Of a DNA stretch of 64,000 nucleotides, positions 37,869-50,232 are shown in pieces. The notes beneath the pieces were generated by a model. The model made no database searches, was not told where the DNA came from, and saw only the letters and a list, made by a program, of their open reading frames with translations. Numbering within the stretch: position 1 is the stretch's first letter; the number at the start of each line of letters is the position of its first letter. The stretch comes from Parcubacteria bacterium DG_74_3 (GTDB lineage: Bacteria; Patescibacteriota; Minisyncoccia; Minisyncoccales; DG-74-3): NCBI GenBank assembly GCA_001302985.1, contig LJNG01000002.1, forward strand, positions 7,164 to 71,163, in the 5' to 3' direction. Made by a program: the position numbers and the translations under genes.

Positions 37869-38294
37869 ATGTTTCTAAATAAAGTTTTTGTTTTAGGAAA
37901 TCTGACCGCTGATCCAGATGTTCGCTCTTTACCTAACGGTCGACCGGTAGCCAACTTCGGCTTGGCAACCAATCGAGTCTTTTATGATAAAGAGGGCAAA
38001 AAACAAGAAAGGGCAGAGTTTCATAATATTGTTGCTTTTGGTAGGAGTGCCGAAATCATCCAACAATATTTAAAGAAAGGTTCCTTGGTTTTAATTGAAG
38101 GACGACTTCAAACAAGGTCTTGGCAAGATTCAGGTGGTAATACCCGCTATCGAACAGAAATCATTACCGAACGTCTTCAAATGGGACCGAGAGCAGGAAA
38201 GATTACTCCCGCTACTCCCAAGGAAGAAACAAAAGAAGAAATCCCGATCATTGAAGAAGAGGAAGAAATAAAAGTAGAAGATATACCATTTTAA
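37869..38294 (+). CDS. ssb: Single-stranded DNA-binding protein
   Basis: OB-fold sequence and an acidic tail ending DIPF. Confidence 0.85.
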   Translation: MFLNKVFVLGNLTADPDVRSLPNGRPVANFGLATNRVFYDKEGKKQERAEFHNIVAFGRSAEIIQQYLKKGSLVLIEGRLQTRSWQDSGGNTRYRTEIITERLQMGPRAGKITPATPKEETKEEIPIIEEEEEIKVEDIPF

Positions 38295-38346
38295 TCAATA
38301 AACAATAAGTAGTAAACAAAGAACAACAAAAATTGTTCTCTGAAGC

Positions 38347-38544
38347 ATGTCTTGTTATTTCTGTGTCAAAAATATGGGAGAAATTGACTATAAAGATAGC
38401 GACCTTCTTAAAAGGTTTATTTCTGGCTTGGGGAAAATTAGAAGTAGAAAGCGAACCGGTCTCTGCTCAAAACATCAAAGAGAGCTCTCAAGAGCTATAA
38501 AAAGAGCAAGACACTTGGGCCTTTTACCTTATACTGTCAAATAA
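38347..38544 (+). CDS. rpsR: 30S ribosomal protein S18
   Basis: 65 aa; RKRTGLCSKHQRELSRAIKRARHLGLLPY. Confidence 0.85.
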   Translation: MSCYFCVKNMGEIDYKDSDLLKRFISGLGKIRSRKRTGLCSKHQRELSRAIKRARHLGLLPYTVK

Positions 38545-38588
38545 AAGATTTATTAAGAAAAATCAAAACCTGATTCTTTCTTGATTTT

Positions 38589-39590
38589 TTAAGCTTTTTC
38601 TAAAATAGCTTTTTTGATTCTTTCAGCCACTTCTGGGTTCTCTCTCAAGAAACCCATAGAAGCTTCCATGCCCTGACCAAGTTTTTTGGTTTCGAATTGT
38701 AACCAAGAGCCCAACCTTTTAACAAGACCGGCTTTCATTCCGGTATTTAAGAGGTCAGCCCATTTTGAAATTCCCTCATTATAATAAATGTCAAAATCAG
38801 CAATCTTAAAGGGAGGGGCAACTTTATTTTTAACTATTTTAGCCTTGTGTCTTCCACCAATTATCTCATCTCCTCTCTTAATTTGGGCAATTCTCCTTAA
38901 ATCAATTCTCACCGAGGCGTAAAATTTAAGAGCCAGCCCACCAGGGGTTGTTTCGGGATTTCCAAAACGCAGCCCGATTTTCATTCTGGTCTGGTTTAAA
39001 AAGATGACAGCTGTCTTCGTTTTCGAAACAATTCCTGACAATTTTCTTAGAGCCTGACTCATTAAGCGGGCCTGGAGACCAATTTGAAATTCTCCCATCT
39101 CTCCGTCAATTTCGGCTTTGGGCACTAAAGCTGCTACCGAATCAATCACAATAATATCAACCTGACCTGAGCTAATTAGGGTTTCAACAATCTGAAGAGC
39201 CTGCTCTCCTGAATCTGGTTGAGAAATTAGTAGGTCATCAATATTGACTCCGATTTTTTTTGCATAGTCCGGGTCCATGGCGTGTTCGGCATCAACAAAG
39301 GCTCCAACCCCACCTCTTTTTTGAGCTTCGGCTAAAATATGAAGAGCTAGAGTGGTTTTTCCTGAAGCCTCTGGACCATAAATCTCAATAACTCTTCCTC
39401 GAGGAATTCCCCCCACACCCAGGGCCAAATCAAGGGCCAGAGATCCCGTTGAAATAACATCCACATTAACCGCTCTCACCTCTTTCAGTTTCATAATAGC
39501 TCCTTCACCAAATCGCTGTTTAATTTCCCTCACCGCCTCTTCTAAATTCTCTTTTCCGGTTGAAGAGTTTTTCTTCTTTTTTGTAGCCAT
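38589..39590 (-). CDS. recA: Recombinase RecA
   Basis: GPEASGKTT Walker A and [21 protein letters not shown]. Confidence 0.95.
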   Translation of the reverse strand: MATKKKKNSSTGKENLEEAVREIKQRFGEGAIMKLKEVRAVNVDVISTGSLALDLALGVGGIPRGRVIEIYGPEASGKTTLALHILAEAQKRGGVGAFVDAEHAMDPDYAKKIGVNIDDLLISQPDSGEQALQIVETLISSGQVDIIVIDSVAALVPKAEIDGEMGEFQIGLQARLMSQALRKLSGIVSKTKTAVIFLNQTRMKIGLRFGNPETTPGGLALKFYASVRIDLRRIAQIKRGDEIIGGRHKAKIVKNKVAPPFKIADFDIYYNEGISKWADLLNTGMKAGLVKRLGSWLQFETKKLGQGMEASMGFLRENPEVAERIKKAILEKA

Positions 39591-39624
39591 TTTCTTTTAA
39601 AAATAATATTTTTCCGGGTCGCTG

Positions 39625-41757
39625 TCAAATAAATTCTTGCGGCTCATCTTCGCCTCCGTAAACTTCTCTCGGTTTCGCTCCCTGAGGCGGTCCAACTATG
39701 CCTCTTTTTTCTAAAATATCTAATAATCTGGCTGCTCGGGCATAACCAATTTTTAGTTTTCTTTGGAGAAAAGAGGCTGAAGCTCGTCTGGTTTCAATCA
39801 CCAATTTTTTAGTCTCTGGATAAAGGGGGTCTTCTGCGAGCTCGAAAGAGGAGAGCTGGTCGAGCCCCAAACCCTCTACTTCTGATTTTTCCAGAGAATC
39901 CCGGAGGTCTTGATATAAACCATTTTCTAAAACCATATCTTGGTTGTTTTCAACTATCCAGTTGGTTACTTTTTTTACCTCCTTGTCTGAAACATAGGGT
40001 CCTTGGATTCTTTTTGGCTTTACCGTCTGAGCAGAGAGAAAAAGAAGATCACCCAACCCTAAAAGTTTTTCTGCTCCGGCCATATCTAAAACCGTTCTTG
40101 AATCAATCTGGGAAGCTACCTGAAAGCTAACTCGAGAGGTAATATTGGCTTTAATAAGACCGGTAATTACTTCCACTGATGGCCTTTGAGTAGCCACCAC
40201 CAAATGGATTCCGACAGCTCGTGCCAGCTGGGCCAACCTAACAATACCTGTTTCTATCTCCCTTCCCTTGGCTACTATTAAATCAGCCAACTCATCAATA
40301 ATTAACACAATATAGGACATAAACTCTCCTCCTTCTTTTAAAACTTTTTCATTATAACCTGCAATATCTCTAACCTTTTCCATTGCCAGCACATTAAACC
40401 TTCTGCCCATTTCGGAAATTAACCAATTCAGACAGTGAACTGTTTTTGTGGCATCGTAAATAACGGGGGATAAAAGGTGAGGAAGTTTACCATAGGCCGT
40501 AAACTCTACCCTCTTTGGGTCAACCAAGATTAGTCTCAAAAATTCTGGGCTATTTTGATATAAAAAAGATAAAATTAGGTTATTGAGAAAAATAGTTTTT
40601 CCGGTTCCGGTAGCTCCGGCCACCAAAAGGTGAGGCATTTTGGCTAAATCAGCATAGTCTGGTTTACCAGAAACTCCTCTGCCCAGAGCAAAAATTAAAT
40701 TAGAAGAAGAGTTCTGAAGTTCGGGCTCAGAGAGCAAACTTTCCAGTCTAACTCTAGCTCTTATTTTATTAGGAACCTCAATTCCGACCAAAGAGCGACC
40801 TGGAATGGGAGCTTCGATTCTAATGGGATGAGAAGCTAAGGCTAGGGCAAGATTATTAGAAAGAGCGGTTATCTTGGATAGTTTTATTCCTTCGGCAGGC
40901 TTTAAGGCGTATTGGGTAACAGTAGGCCCAATATTTATTTCTGCCATCTCAACTGGAATACCAAAATTTTCCAGGGTTTTTTTAATAATTACCGCATTGG
41001 TTCTGGTATTACCTGCTGAAGGAGTCTCTTTTTCTTGAGCCAAAAGATCCAGAGGCGGAAGTTTATATTTAGAGGTTGAAGGTTTATAAGAAACTTTATT
41101 AATCTTAAGCTCTAAAGGAGGAGCTTTGGGTTTGAATTCTGGGACTTTTTCTGAGGGCAGGGGAGGAACCTCTTTAACCTCAAATTTGGGAACGCGTTTT
41201 GCTCTACCAAATACCCTAGTCAGCACCGATGTTTTCTCTTCTTTTTCTCTATCTAATGAAGGAGAGGGTACTAAAAGTTGCCAAAAAATTAAAATACCGA
41301 CAATAACCAGGGTGAAAAATATAATTTTAGTTACCAAAAGACCAAAAAGCCCAAGAAGGGGTAAAGAAAAAATATATCCAAGAAATCCTCCTTTTTGCGG
41401 GTCTTGATTTAATAAAGAAAAAATGCCTGAAATGCCCAGGGTTAAAATTAGAATCGCAAAAATCACAGGGCCCAAAAACTTTCTCTGTTGGGTATTTAAA
41501 AATACTGCTCCGGCCAGAGCTAAAAATAAAGGAAGCGCGTAAATGGTGCTTCCAATTAACAAAAGGGATAGTTTCATAAATTTTTCTCCTACCATCCCTG
41601 CTTTTCCAAAAAAAGAAAGAATAACGATAATGGCTATCAAAAAAGTCATTACTCCGCCAATTAATTTTTTTACTCTTTGGGGTAATATAAAAAGGTTGGA
41701 TTTTTTCGTTTTTTGGTTTGTTTTTTTTGATTTTCGATTCCGTTTTTTTCTGGCCAT
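39625..41757 (-). CDS. ftsK: DNA translocase FtsK/SpoIIIE
   Basis: N-terminal TM domain. Motor domain GATGTGKT. C-terminal gamma winged-helix (LQRKLKIGYARAARLLDILE). Confidence 0.9.
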   Translation of the reverse strand: MARKKRNRKSKKTNQKTKKSNLFILPQRVKKLIGGVMTFLIAIIVILSFFGKAGMVGEKFMKLSLLLIGSTIYALPLFLALAGAVFLNTQQRKFLGPVIFAILILTLGISGIFSLLNQDPQKGGFLGYIFSLPLLGLFGLLVTKIIFFTLVIVGILIFWQLLVPSPSLDREKEEKTSVLTRVFGRAKRVPKFEVKEVPPLPSEKVPEFKPKAPPLELKINKVSYKPSTSKYKLPPLDLLAQEKETPSAGNTRTNAVIIKKTLENFGIPVEMAEINIGPTVTQYALKPAEGIKLSKITALSNNLALALASHPIRIEAPIPGRSLVGIEVPNKIRARVRLESLLSEPELQNSSSNLIFALGRGVSGKPDYADLAKMPHLLVAGATGTGKTIFLNNLILSFLYQNSPEFLRLILVDPKRVEFTAYGKLPHLLSPVIYDATKTVHCLNWLISEMGRRFNVLAMEKVRDIAGYNEKVLKEGGEFMSYIVLIIDELADLIVAKGREIETGIVRLAQLARAVGIHLVVATQRPSVEVITGLIKANITSRVSFQVASQIDSRTVLDMAGAEKLLGLGDLLFLSAQTVKPKRIQGPYVSDKEVKKVTNWIVENNQDMVLENGLYQDLRDSLEKSEVEGLGLDQLSSFELAEDPLYPETKKLVIETRRASASFLQRKLKIGYARAARLLDILEKRGIVGPPQGAKPREVYGGEDEPQEFI

Positions 41758-41835
41758 ACCTTTTTATTTTAACATAAATTAGACTGAAAAATCAAAAGCG
41801 CAAAGCCAGATTTTAATCTTTTTACTTTACGCTAA

Positions 41836-41945
41836 TCCTTTGAAGCAATTTCCCGAGCAATATAACATCTTGTCTCTCTAAGACAATCTGTCTGAAGATT
41901 TATTACTTTTCAAAGCCGGTTCCGGCGGGTATAAGTTTACCGATT
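41836..41945. repeat. Direct repeat copy 1 (~110 bp, ~93% identical to 42124..42233); carries a duplicate of the last 13 rpoC codons plus the terminator hairpin
   Basis: Aligned by eye. Its reverse complement still encodes [13 protein letters not shown]-stop, with one synonymous change (GGT to GGC). Contains hairpin TTGTCTC-tct-GAGACAA. Confidence 0.7.
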
Positions 41946-42123
41946 TATAATAAATGGAGTAAATTTGGGAGTAGTTATCGGGAGAAAAGCTTTATAATAA
42001 AGCATTAAGTTAAAGCGAGGGAAGTGCCGAAAAGGACATCCGGAGCGAGCGGCCAAGGTTTCGCCCAGAGGGACGAAGAGCGAGCGAGGACTAAGTAAAA
42101 ATTCTCGGTGGGAATTTTTGCGG

Positions 42124-42233
42124 TCCTTTGAGGTAGCTTCCCAAGCAATATAACATCTTGTCTCTCTGAGACAATTTGTCTGAAGATTTATTACTTTTCA
42201 AAACCGGTTCCGGCGGGTATAAGTTTACCGATT
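42124..42233. repeat. Direct repeat copy 2, overlapping the authentic rpoC 3' end and its terminator-like hairpin
   Basis: Same ~110-bp unit, 288 bp from copy 1. The 42191..42233 part is the real end of rpoC. Confidence 0.7.
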
Positions 42234-45200
42234 ATGACGTTTTCTTTTAAACCAAGGAGTTTGTCTTCCTTTCCCTCAAGAGAGGCCTTAATTAACACTC
42301 GCGAGGTTTCCTGGAAAGAAGCAGCAGATAAAAAGCTATCTGTGGTAAGGGCTACCCGAGAAATACCCAGCAAAACCGAAGAGATTTTAATTGGTTGCTT
42401 TTTTCCTTTTTTAAGCTGGGCATTTTCTTTTAAAAATCTGGCTTTTTCAATAATCTGACCAGGGGTCAAAAGACTATCTCCCGGGTCTTTGATTCTTAAT
42501 CGAGAAAACATCTGACGAACAATAACCTCAATGTGTTTGTCGTGAATAATAGCTCCCTGGGAAACATAGATTTTTTGAATTTCGTTAATAACGTAACGCC
42601 AGACAGCTTCTTTACCGGCCAATTTAAATAGCTTCTTTAAATCTACACTTCCTTCAAAAAGTTGTTGACCCTTAATGACTTTTTGACCTTGTTGAACCCA
42701 AATTGCCCTTTGAAGGGGGGCTTTATATTCGAGTACCGGAAGAGATTTTTTGGTTCTCTTAGGATTTTCCTTGGACTGGGTCTGGGATTGAATTCTGATT
42801 ATTCTGTCGGGAGTAATTTCCAATATTTTTCCTTCTACCGTAGAAACTTCAGCCTTTCCTTTAGGAGTTCTGGCCTCAAAAATCTCTTGAACTCTTGGAA
42901 GACCAAAAGTAATATCGCCGCCTCCAGCTACTCCGCCCGTATGAAAAGTTCTCATCGTCAACTGGGTTCCTGGTTCTCCAATTGCCTGGGCAGCTACAAT
43001 TCCCACGGCCTCTCCTAATCTAACAAGTTCATTGTTTCCCAGGTCCCAACCATAACATTTTTGACAAACCCCTCTAACTGTTTTACAGCTCATGGGAGAA
43101 CGAATCTTCACTTCTTCAATGTTGGCTCCAACAATTTCCTCTCCTTTTTCCCAATCAATAATTTCATCTTTTTTAACAATAGTTTTTCCACCGGGAATCT
43201 TAATATCTTTAAGAACAGATTTTCCTACAATTTTAAAAAGGAAATTTTGGCCGATGCCGTTCGCGTCTTTTCTTAAAACCGTAATACCCTCCCTATCTTT
43301 ACAGTCTTTTTCTGTCACCACTACTTCGTGAGCGACATCAACAAGTCTTCGGGTTAAGTAGCCTGCTGTTGAAGTTCTCAGGGCAGTGTCTGCGGTTCCT
43401 TTCCGGGCTCCGTGGGTAGAAATAAAATACTCCAAAACATCAAAACCTTCTTTGTAAGAGCTTTTCACGGGCAACTCAATAATTTGGCCTGCAGGATTAA
43501 TAACTAACCCCTTCATTCCAGTCATTTGAACGGGCTGAGTCCAAGAACCACGGGCACCTGAATCAACAATTTGGAAAACAGACCCTGAGGGGGGTAGGGT
43601 TTTATGAACTTCTTTTTCAATCTCTGTTTTGGCTCGCTGCCAAATTTCAATAATCTTACTAGTTCTCTCTTCTTTAGAAAGCAAACCTTTCCTAAAGTGC
43701 TCTTTAATCTGTCCTACCTCTTTTTCAGCTTTGGCAATTATTCGCGGTTTTTCTTTTGGAACAATTAAATCGTCCATTCCCCAGGAAACACCGGAAAGAG
43801 TGGAATAATCAAATCCTAAGGTTTTCATTTTATCTAAAGTTGCTACGACTATTTCTCTCTCGTATTTTCTAACAATTTGACCCATAAGTTTTTCAATTTT
43901 TTTAGAATTGAAATGCTCGTTCTGAAAAGAAAAATCAGGTGGTAGGGCTTCATTAAACAAAATCCTTCCTAAAGAAGTTTCAAGATAATTTTTTTCTATT
44001 TTAACCCGAATTTTAGTCCTGAGATCTAAATAGCCCAACTCATATACCAGGATAGCCTCTTCTGGTGAGCTAAAAAACTTACCCTCGCCCCTCCCTCCTT
44101 CAATAATTTTAGTCAACCAATACAATCCCAAAACAATATCCTGACTTGGAATATCAAGGGGTATACCAGTAGCCGGTTTCAGAAGGTTTTGGGCGACTAA
44201 CATTATCTCTTCAGCTTCTTTTTGGGCTTCGCTGGTCAGGGGTAAGTGAACTGCCATCTGGTCTCCATCAAAATCAGCATTAAAAGCCTTACAAACCAAG
44301 GGATGAATTTTAATTGCCTCTCCTTCAATTAAAATCGGGTAGAAAGCCTGAATCCCCAATCTATGAAGGGTTGGGGCTCTATTTATTATAACCAATTTTT
44401 CTTTGACCACTTCTTCTAAATTGGCCCAAACCTCGTCGGTTTCTGTCTCAATTAAGCGGGATGCTCCTCTTACGTTATAGGCTAATTCTTTGTCTAAAAT
44501 TTTCTTAATAACAAAGGGTTTAAAAAGCTCGAGAGCCATTTTTTTAGGTATACCCACCTGGTTCAATTTGAGTTCAGGCCCTACGACAATTACTGATCGA
44601 CCAGAATAATCAACTCTCTTTCCTAAAAGATTTTGACGGAACCTACCCCTTTTCCCCTTTAGCATATCTGCTAACGACCTCAAAAGACGACGGCCGCCGG
44701 TGGTGGCTCGAGTTGTTGTACCGGTTCGCATTTCATTATCAATTAAAGCATCTACTGCTTCTTGCAACATTCTTTTTTCATTTCGAATAATAACCTCGGG
44801 AGCTGCAATTTCTAATAAGTATTTTAAGCGATTATTTCTGTTAATAACTCGACGGTAAAGATCATTAAGGTCAGAAGAGGCATACCTCCCTCCGTCTAAG
44901 CGAACGATCGGCCTAAGGTCGGGAGGTAAAATAGGAATAACAGTTAAAAACATCCATTCTGGCCTTACTCCAGCTGCCTCCATTCCCTGAAAAAGTCTGA
45001 GCCTTCTAAGAATTTTCTTTCGTCTTTGGCGGGAGGTGGTTTTTAATATCTGTCTCTTTGATTTGGAAATTTCTTTACTAAGCTCAATTTTCTCAAAAAT
45101 TTTTCTCATGGTCTCAGCGCCGGTACCAGCCGTAAACACTTCTCCATATTTTAGAGAAAAGTCTTGATAATCAATTTCAGACAGAATCTTTAGGGGCTCT

Positions 45201-45778
45201 AGACTCAAAAGTTCTTCTCGAGCTCTATCTCGCGCCATCTTTAATTCTCCCAAAGCTTTTTTTAATTTCTTTTTTTGGTCCTTCAATTTGGCTTTTTGGG
45301 CTTTAACTTTCTGTCGATATTCTTTCTCAATCTCTTCAAGAGTATTCTTCTTAGCCTCCTGATTAACATCGGTCACGATATAGGCAATAAAATAAACCAC
45401 CCTCTCTAACTGAAAGCCGGGCACGTCCAAAACCATTCCCATTCTGGAGGGTACTCCTCGTAAGAACCAAATATGAGAAACCGGAGTGGCTAATTTAATA
45501 TGCCCCATTCTTTCCCTTCTTACCGAAGCCTTGGTTATTTCTACTCCACACCTATCGCAAACTATCCCTTTGTAGCGAATTCCTTTATATTTACCACAAT
45601 AACATTTATAGTCTGACTCTGGTCCAAAAATTTTTTGACAAAAGAGACCGTCTTTTTCTGCCCTATGGGTTCGGTAATTAATGGTTTCGGGCTTAATAAC
45701 CTCGCCATGAGACCAGTTCAAAATATCCTCAGGCGAGGCCAAACGAATCCGTATTGATTCTAATTCTTGAACTCTCAT
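42191..45778 (-). CDS. rpoC: DNA-directed RNA polymerase subunit beta-prime
   Basis: [15 protein letters not shown] and full-length conserved blocks; 1195 aa. Confidence 0.97.
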   Translation of the reverse strand: MRVQELESIRIRLASPEDILNWSHGEVIKPETINYRTHRAEKDGLFCQKIFGPESDYKCYCGKYKGIRYKGIVCDRCGVEITKASVRRERMGHIKLATPVSHIWFLRGVPSRMGMVLDVPGFQLERVVYFIAYIVTDVNQEAKKNTLEEIEKEYRQKVKAQKAKLKDQKKKLKKALGELKMARDRAREELLSLEPLKILSEIDYQDFSLKYGEVFTAGTGAETMRKIFEKIELSKEISKSKRQILKTTSRQRRKKILRRLRLFQGMEAAGVRPEWMFLTVIPILPPDLRPIVRLDGGRYASSDLNDLYRRVINRNNRLKYLLEIAAPEVIIRNEKRMLQEAVDALIDNEMRTGTTTRATTGGRRLLRSLADMLKGKRGRFRQNLLGKRVDYSGRSVIVVGPELKLNQVGIPKKMALELFKPFVIKKILDKELAYNVRGASRLIETETDEVWANLEEVVKEKLVIINRAPTLHRLGIQAFYPILIEGEAIKIHPLVCKAFNADFDGDQMAVHLPLTSEAQKEAEEIMLVAQNLLKPATGIPLDIPSQDIVLGLYWLTKIIEGGRGEGKFFSSPEEAILVYELGYLDLRTKIRVKIEKNYLETSLGRILFNEALPPDFSFQNEHFNSKKIEKLMGQIVRKYEREIVVATLDKMKTLGFDYSTLSGVSWGMDDLIVPKEKPRIIAKAEKEVGQIKEHFRKGLLSKEERTSKIIEIWQRAKTEIEKEVHKTLPPSGSVFQIVDSGARGSWTQPVQMTGMKGLVINPAGQIIELPVKSSYKEGFDVLEYFISTHGARKGTADTALRTSTAGYLTRRLVDVAHEVVVTEKDCKDREGITVLRKDANGIGQNFLFKIVGKSVLKDIKIPGGKTIVKKDEIIDWEKGEEIVGANIEEVKIRSPMSCKTVRGVCQKCYGWDLGNNELVRLGEAVGIVAAQAIGEPGTQLTMRTFHTGGVAGGGDITFGLPRVQEIFEARTPKGKAEVSTVEGKILEITPDRIIRIQSQTQSKENPKRTKKSLPVLEYKAPLQRAIWVQQGQKVIKGQQLFEGSVDLKKLFKLAGKEAVWRYVINEIQKIYVSQGAIIHDKHIEVIVRQMFSRLRIKDPGDSLLTPGQIIEKARFLKENAQLKKGKKQPIKISSVLLGISRVALTTDSFLSAASFQETSRVLIKASLEGKEDKLLGLKENVIIGKLIPAGTGFEK

Positions 45779-45779
45779 T

Positions 45780-48700
45780 TTATTTAGTTTCTTCTTCTTT
45801 AGGTTTTTCTCTTATTTCTACGTCAATACCAAGAGACTTTAATTCTTTCACCAACAAATTAAAGGAGGCGGGTAAATTAGGTGGTTTTATTTTCTCGCCT
45901 TTTAAAATAGACTCATAAGTAGCTGCTCGGCCAGCAATATCATCTGATTTTATAGTTAACATTTCCTGAAGGGTATGAGCTGCTCCATAACCCTCAAGAG
46001 CCCAGACCTCCATTTCTCCGAATCTCTGACCTCCAAATTGAGATTTTCCTCCCAAGGGTTGTTGGGTAATTAAAGAATAAGGTCCGATAGCTCTCATATG
46101 AATTTTATCTTCCACCATATGAATTAGTTTCATCATATAAATAAAACCCACCGTAATTTTTTCTTTAAAAGACGAACCTGTTCTGCCGTCGTATAAAATT
46201 ACTTTTCCTTCCTCTGGCAGCCCGGCTGCTCGCAGTTCAGCCTTAATGTCTTCTTCGGTGGCTCCGGAAAGAGCCGGTGATACAGCATAATATCCCTGTT
46301 CCTTAGCTGCCCAACCAAGATGGGTCTCTAAAATTTGACCAAGGTTCATCCTAGAAGCCACGCTTAGGGGATTTAAAATTATATCGACAGGGGTACCATC
46401 TGCCATAAAAGGCATTTCCTCCTGGGGTAAAATCATAGAAATTACTCCTTTATTTCCATGGCGGCCAGATAATTTGTCGCCAACTTGAATTTTTCTAAGT
46501 TCAGCAACCTCTACTTCAATCCTTTTTATAACGCCGGGGTCTAATTTATGACCCATTTCCCGAGAAAAAATCTTTACTCCCACCACCCTACCTCGTTTAC
46601 CATGCTCCATTAAAAGAGAGGTGTCTTTTACCTCCTTAGCTTTCTCGCCAAAAATTGCCCTCAGCAATCTTTCTTCCGCGGTGAGTTCCTCTTTTCCTTT
46701 GGGAGAAATTTTACCAACCAGAATATCGTTTGGCCCAACCTCAGCTCCTATTCTAATAATGCCTTCTTCATCTAAATTTTTTAGTTTTTCTTCAGAAACA
46801 TTGGGTATATCGGGGGTGGTTACTTCAGGCCCCAATTTTGTTTCTCTAACATCGCAACCAAAGCTTTCAATATAAATTGAGGTGTAAATATCATCTTTTA
46901 CCAATCTCTCAGAAATAATAATTGCATCTTCAAAATTCCCTCCCCTCCAGGACATAAAAGCTACCAAAATATTTTTTCCTAAGGCTAAGTGACCTCGGTC
47001 GATTGCTCCTCCATCGGCTAAAACATCTCCTTTTTTCACTTTCTGACCTTTTTGTACTAAGGGTCGTTGATGAAAACAGGTATACTGATTGGTTCTAATA
47101 AAATTGCCGAGGCTATAAATTTTCTCTTTCTTTGAGTGTTTAACCTTAATCTGATTTGCATCTACCTCTACCACTTTTCCATCTTCCTCCGCTACCACCA
47201 CTTGTCCTGAATCTTTTGCCACTCTTTCTTCTATCCCGGTCATGACCAAGGGGGCTTCGGGATTAATTAAGGGAACGGCTTGTCTTTGCATATTAGAGCC
47301 CATCAGAGCTCTGTTGGCATCATCGTTTTGTAAAAAAGGAATGCAGGAGGTAGCAATGGAAATTGGTTGCTCTGGAGAAACATCAATAAAATCAATTTTA
47401 TTTCTATCAACCAGCCCGGGTTCGCCTTTTAATCGGGCTTCCACCTGGCGAGATACAATCTTGCCTCTCTCACCAAGAGGAATAGAGCCTGAAGCAATGT
47501 TATATTTTTCTTCTTCGTAAGCATTAAGGTATTGAAGTTCTGGGGTCAATTTTCCTTCTTTGACCTTAAAGTAGGGAGTTTCCAAAAAACCATAAGGATT
47601 AATTTTGGCATAGCTCGCTAAATGACCAACCAAACCAATGTTGGGCCCCTCGGGAGTTTGAATGGGGCAAATTCTTCCATAGTGAGAGGGCTGAACATCT
47701 CTTACTTCAAAACCTGCTCTTTCTCTAGTTAACCCTCCTGGTCCAGTGGCTGATATTCTCCTTTTGTGTTCTAATTCGGCTAAAGGATTTTCATTATCCA
47801 TAAACTGGGAAAGCTGGGAAGAGGTGAAAAACTGTTTAACTATAGCCATAAAGGGTCGGGGATTAATGATTTGGATGGGAGTAGCGGTATAAATATCTAA
47901 AGTAGACATCCTGTCTTTAATTATCCTCTCCATTCTCATCAAACCCACCCTTAATCTATTTTTTAAAAGTTCAGATAGGGTTCTTAATCTTCGATTACCT
48001 AAATGGTCAATTTGATCGGGTTTTCCTTCGGGATCGTTGTTAAGTCTAATTATCTCTCTTATAACCTCAATTACATCATTGGGCTTCAATACTCTATCTT
48101 CCGGGGTAATTTCTTTCTTTTGAGAAAGACCCGGTAGACGCTGCCACATTCTCCATCTGCCTACCTCTGAAAGATCATATCTCCGAAAGTTAAAAAACAT
48201 ACTTTCGATTAATTCTCGAGCTGTATCTGTGGTAGCCCGATCCCCTGGTCTTAATCTCTGGTAAATCTCAATAAGAGCTTCCGTCTGATTGTGACTGGGG
48301 TCTCGTTTAAGGGTTTCTTCGATATATTTTATTTCGCCTTTATCAGCGTCTTTAAAAAAATTTTTAATTTGCCCATCGCCATCAACCCCGAGAGCGCGCA
48401 AAAGAGTAGTAGCTGAAACCTTTCTTCTTCTATTGATTTTCACTCCGATAACTCCCGATGGGTCGGTTTCAAACTCTAACCAAGCACCTCGATTGGGAAC
48501 AATTTTAGAGCCAAAATATTGTTTGCCTCTTATTTGCTGAGCAGTAAAGAAAGCTCCAGGCGAACGAATTATCTGAGAAATCACCACCCTTTCTACCCCA
48601 TTAACAATAAAAGTTCCCCTTTCGGTCATTAGGGGAAAACTAGTTAAAAAAACCTCCTGTTCTTTAATTTCTTTGGTTTTAAGATTAACCAGCTTTACTC

Positions 48701-48968
48701 GCACCCTAAGGGGAACTTCATAGGAATCATTATTTAATTTTGCCTCAAGGTCTGACTTGTAATTTGGTTCACCCAGTTGGTAATCCAAAAACCAGAGCTC
48801 TAATTTCTTCCCGGTATAATCTCTAATGGGAGAAACTTCTTGGAAAAGCTCTTTTAAATCCTTTTTCCAAAACCCCTTCCAGCTTTCTGTCTGCAAGGTT
48901 AATAAATAGGGTAAGGAGAGGAGTGGTTTGGTTTTACCAAAATGTTTAACCTTTATTTTCTGCATCAT
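45780..48968 (-). CDS. rpoB: DNA-directed RNA polymerase subunit beta
   Basis: Full-length RpoB homolog. First ATG at 48968 (MMQKIKV); the ORF track begins at a TTG at 48977. Confidence 0.97.
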   Translation of the reverse strand: MMQKIKVKHFGKTKPLLSLPYLLTLQTESWKGFWKKDLKELFQEVSPIRDYTGKKLELWFLDYQLGEPNYKSDLEAKLNNDSYEVPLRVRVKLVNLKTKEIKEQEVFLTSFPLMTERGTFIVNGVERVVISQIIRSPGAFFTAQQIRGKQYFGSKIVPNRGAWLEFETDPSGVIGVKINRRRKVSATTLLRALGVDGDGQIKNFFKDADKGEIKYIEETLKRDPSHNQTEALIEIYQRLRPGDRATTDTARELIESMFFNFRRYDLSEVGRWRMWQRLPGLSQKKEITPEDRVLKPNDVIEVIREIIRLNNDPEGKPDQIDHLGNRRLRTLSELLKNRLRVGLMRMERIIKDRMSTLDIYTATPIQIINPRPFMAIVKQFFTSSQLSQFMDNENPLAELEHKRRISATGPGGLTRERAGFEVRDVQPSHYGRICPIQTPEGPNIGLVGHLASYAKINPYGFLETPYFKVKEGKLTPELQYLNAYEEEKYNIASGSIPLGERGKIVSRQVEARLKGEPGLVDRNKIDFIDVSPEQPISIATSCIPFLQNDDANRALMGSNMQRQAVPLINPEAPLVMTGIEERVAKDSGQVVVAEEDGKVVEVDANQIKVKHSKKEKIYSLGNFIRTNQYTCFHQRPLVQKGQKVKKGDVLADGGAIDRGHLALGKNILVAFMSWRGGNFEDAIIISERLVKDDIYTSIYIESFGCDVRETKLGPEVTTPDIPNVSEEKLKNLDEEGIIRIGAEVGPNDILVGKISPKGKEELTAEERLLRAIFGEKAKEVKDTSLLMEHGKRGRVVGVKIFSREMGHKLDPGVIKRIEVEVAELRKIQVGDKLSGRHGNKGVISMILPQEEMPFMADGTPVDIILNPLSVASRMNLGQILETHLGWAAKEQGYYAVSPALSGATEEDIKAELRAAGLPEEGKVILYDGRTGSSFKEKITVGFIYMMKLIHMVEDKIHMRAIGPYSLITQQPLGGKSQFGGQRFGEMEVWALEGYGAAHTLQEMLTIKSDDIAGRAATYESILKGEKIKPPNLPASFNLLVKELKSLGIDVEIREKPKEEETK

Positions 48969-49087
48969 TAAAGCCAAAAAAGACCCTAAATTATGGTTAG
49001 GGTAAAATTCTTTTATTTAGTTTTCCGATGGAAAAATTTCCAGAGAGTTCTCAAGAAAAGAGACAGTATAGATTTATATATTTTTCC

Positions 49088-49115
49088 ATTTTAATCTTTT
49101 TGAAAAAATTGTCAA
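49088..49115 (-). promoter_or_regulatory. Putative sigma-70 promoter TTGACA-16-TAAAAT upstream of rpoB
   Basis: Read on the minus strand. Sits in the 163-nt gap between the FtsW-family gene and rpoB. Confidence 0.35.
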
Positions 49116-49140
49116 GTCTTTAGGGTTTACGTATTTTTAC

Positions 49141-50232
49141 CTAATTTGTTGCCATGCTCTGGAGTATACCCAAACCAATAAGGGTAGCAAGAAGGCTAGA
49201 ACCACCGTAACTTATTAGTGGTAATGGGATACCGACAATTGGCAACATTCCTAGGTTCATGCCAATATGAATAAAAATTTGAGAAATCAAAACAAGAGAG
49301 AAGCCGGTAGCGAAAAGCCGGGGGAAATTTGTTTGGGCTTTTAGGGCAATTTTTATTATTCGCCAAAGTAATATCGAAAATAAAAAAAGAAGGAGGGTTA
49401 TCCCCATTAACCCAAGCTCTTCGGCAATAGCAGCGAAAATAAAATCAGTTTGAGATTCGGGAAGAAATCCCAATTGGGTTTGGGAACCCTGTCCAAATCC
49501 TTGTCCCCAAAGGCCGCCCGAACCAATAGCAATCTGGGCTTGAGCCTGACTCCAGCCCGCTCCAAGGGGTTCAATCTGGGGTAAAATAAAGCTTAGGATT
49601 CTTTCTTTCTGATAATCTTTTAAAAGAGTTGACCAGCCCAGAATGAAAATTAGCAAAAACAAGAAAACCAAAATTAGAAAATGACGAAGCCTTATACCAG
49701 ATATAATTAAAATTCCCACCCAGAGAGCAAGTAAAATTAGAACCGAACCCATGTCGGGTTGAAGAAAAATTAAAAATACGGGAATCAGAATATAAAAACC
49801 AGAAAACAGAACATGCTGAATTTGATACATTTCAACATGGCGCATGGAAAAAAATTTAGCTAATAGAATAATCAGAGTAATCTTGGTAAATTCTATTGGA
49901 TCGACGGAAAGAGAACCTATCTTATACCAAGACCTTATTCCTCTAATTTCGGGAGCAAACCAAAACAAGCCCGCTAGGGAAAGGCAACAGAGAAAATAGA
50001 GAAATAGAATTAAGTAGGGGTCTTCTCTCAAAACTCGCCAATCAAAAAAACTAAAAAACAACATAAGAAATAAACCCACCACAAAAAATAAAATTTGTTT
50101 TTTAAAATTAAAAAAATCCCCCCCCGAAAGAGAAGAGCTGTAAATTGACAAAAGTCCGATACTAACCAAAAGTAGAACTGAAACAATTAAAATCCAATCT
50201 AAATTTTGGAAATGGAGTATTAATGATTTCAT
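49141..50232 (-). CDS. SEDS-family peptidoglycan glycosyltransferase (FtsW/RodA)
   Basis: Ten-TM profile and the C-terminal GGSSLLATLIGLGIL motif. Confidence 0.8.
   Translation of the reverse strand: MKSLILHFQNLDWILIVSVLLLVSIGLLSIYSSSLSGGDFFNFKKQILFFVVGLFLMLFFSFFDWRVLREDPYLILFLYFLCCLSLAGLFWFAPEIRGIRSWYKIGSLSVDPIEFTKITLIILLAKFFSMRHVEMYQIQHVLFSGFYILIPVFLIFLQPDMGSVLILLALWVGILIISGIRLRHFLILVFLFLLIFILGWSTLLKDYQKERILSFILPQIEPLGAGWSQAQAQIAIGSGGLWGQGFGQGSQTQLGFLPESQTDFIFAAIAEELGLMGITLLLFLFSILLWRIIKIALKAQTNFPRLFATGFSLVLISQIFIHIGMNLGMLPIVGIPLPLISYGGSSLLATLIGLGILQSMATN

Noticed and set aside
41126-41782. Plus-strand ORFs antisense to ftsK (41126..41407, 41543..41782)
   Set aside because: Antisense to ftsK; spurious.
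42234-43331. Plus-strand ORFs antisense to rpoC (42234..42458, 42662..43018, 43061..43276, 43092..43331)
   Set aside because: They overlap the well-supported rpoC on the opposite strand, have no conserved motifs, and have low-complexity composition.
46621-47520. Plus-strand ORFs antisense to rpoB (46621..46875, 47242..47520)
   Set aside because: Antisense to rpoB; spurious.
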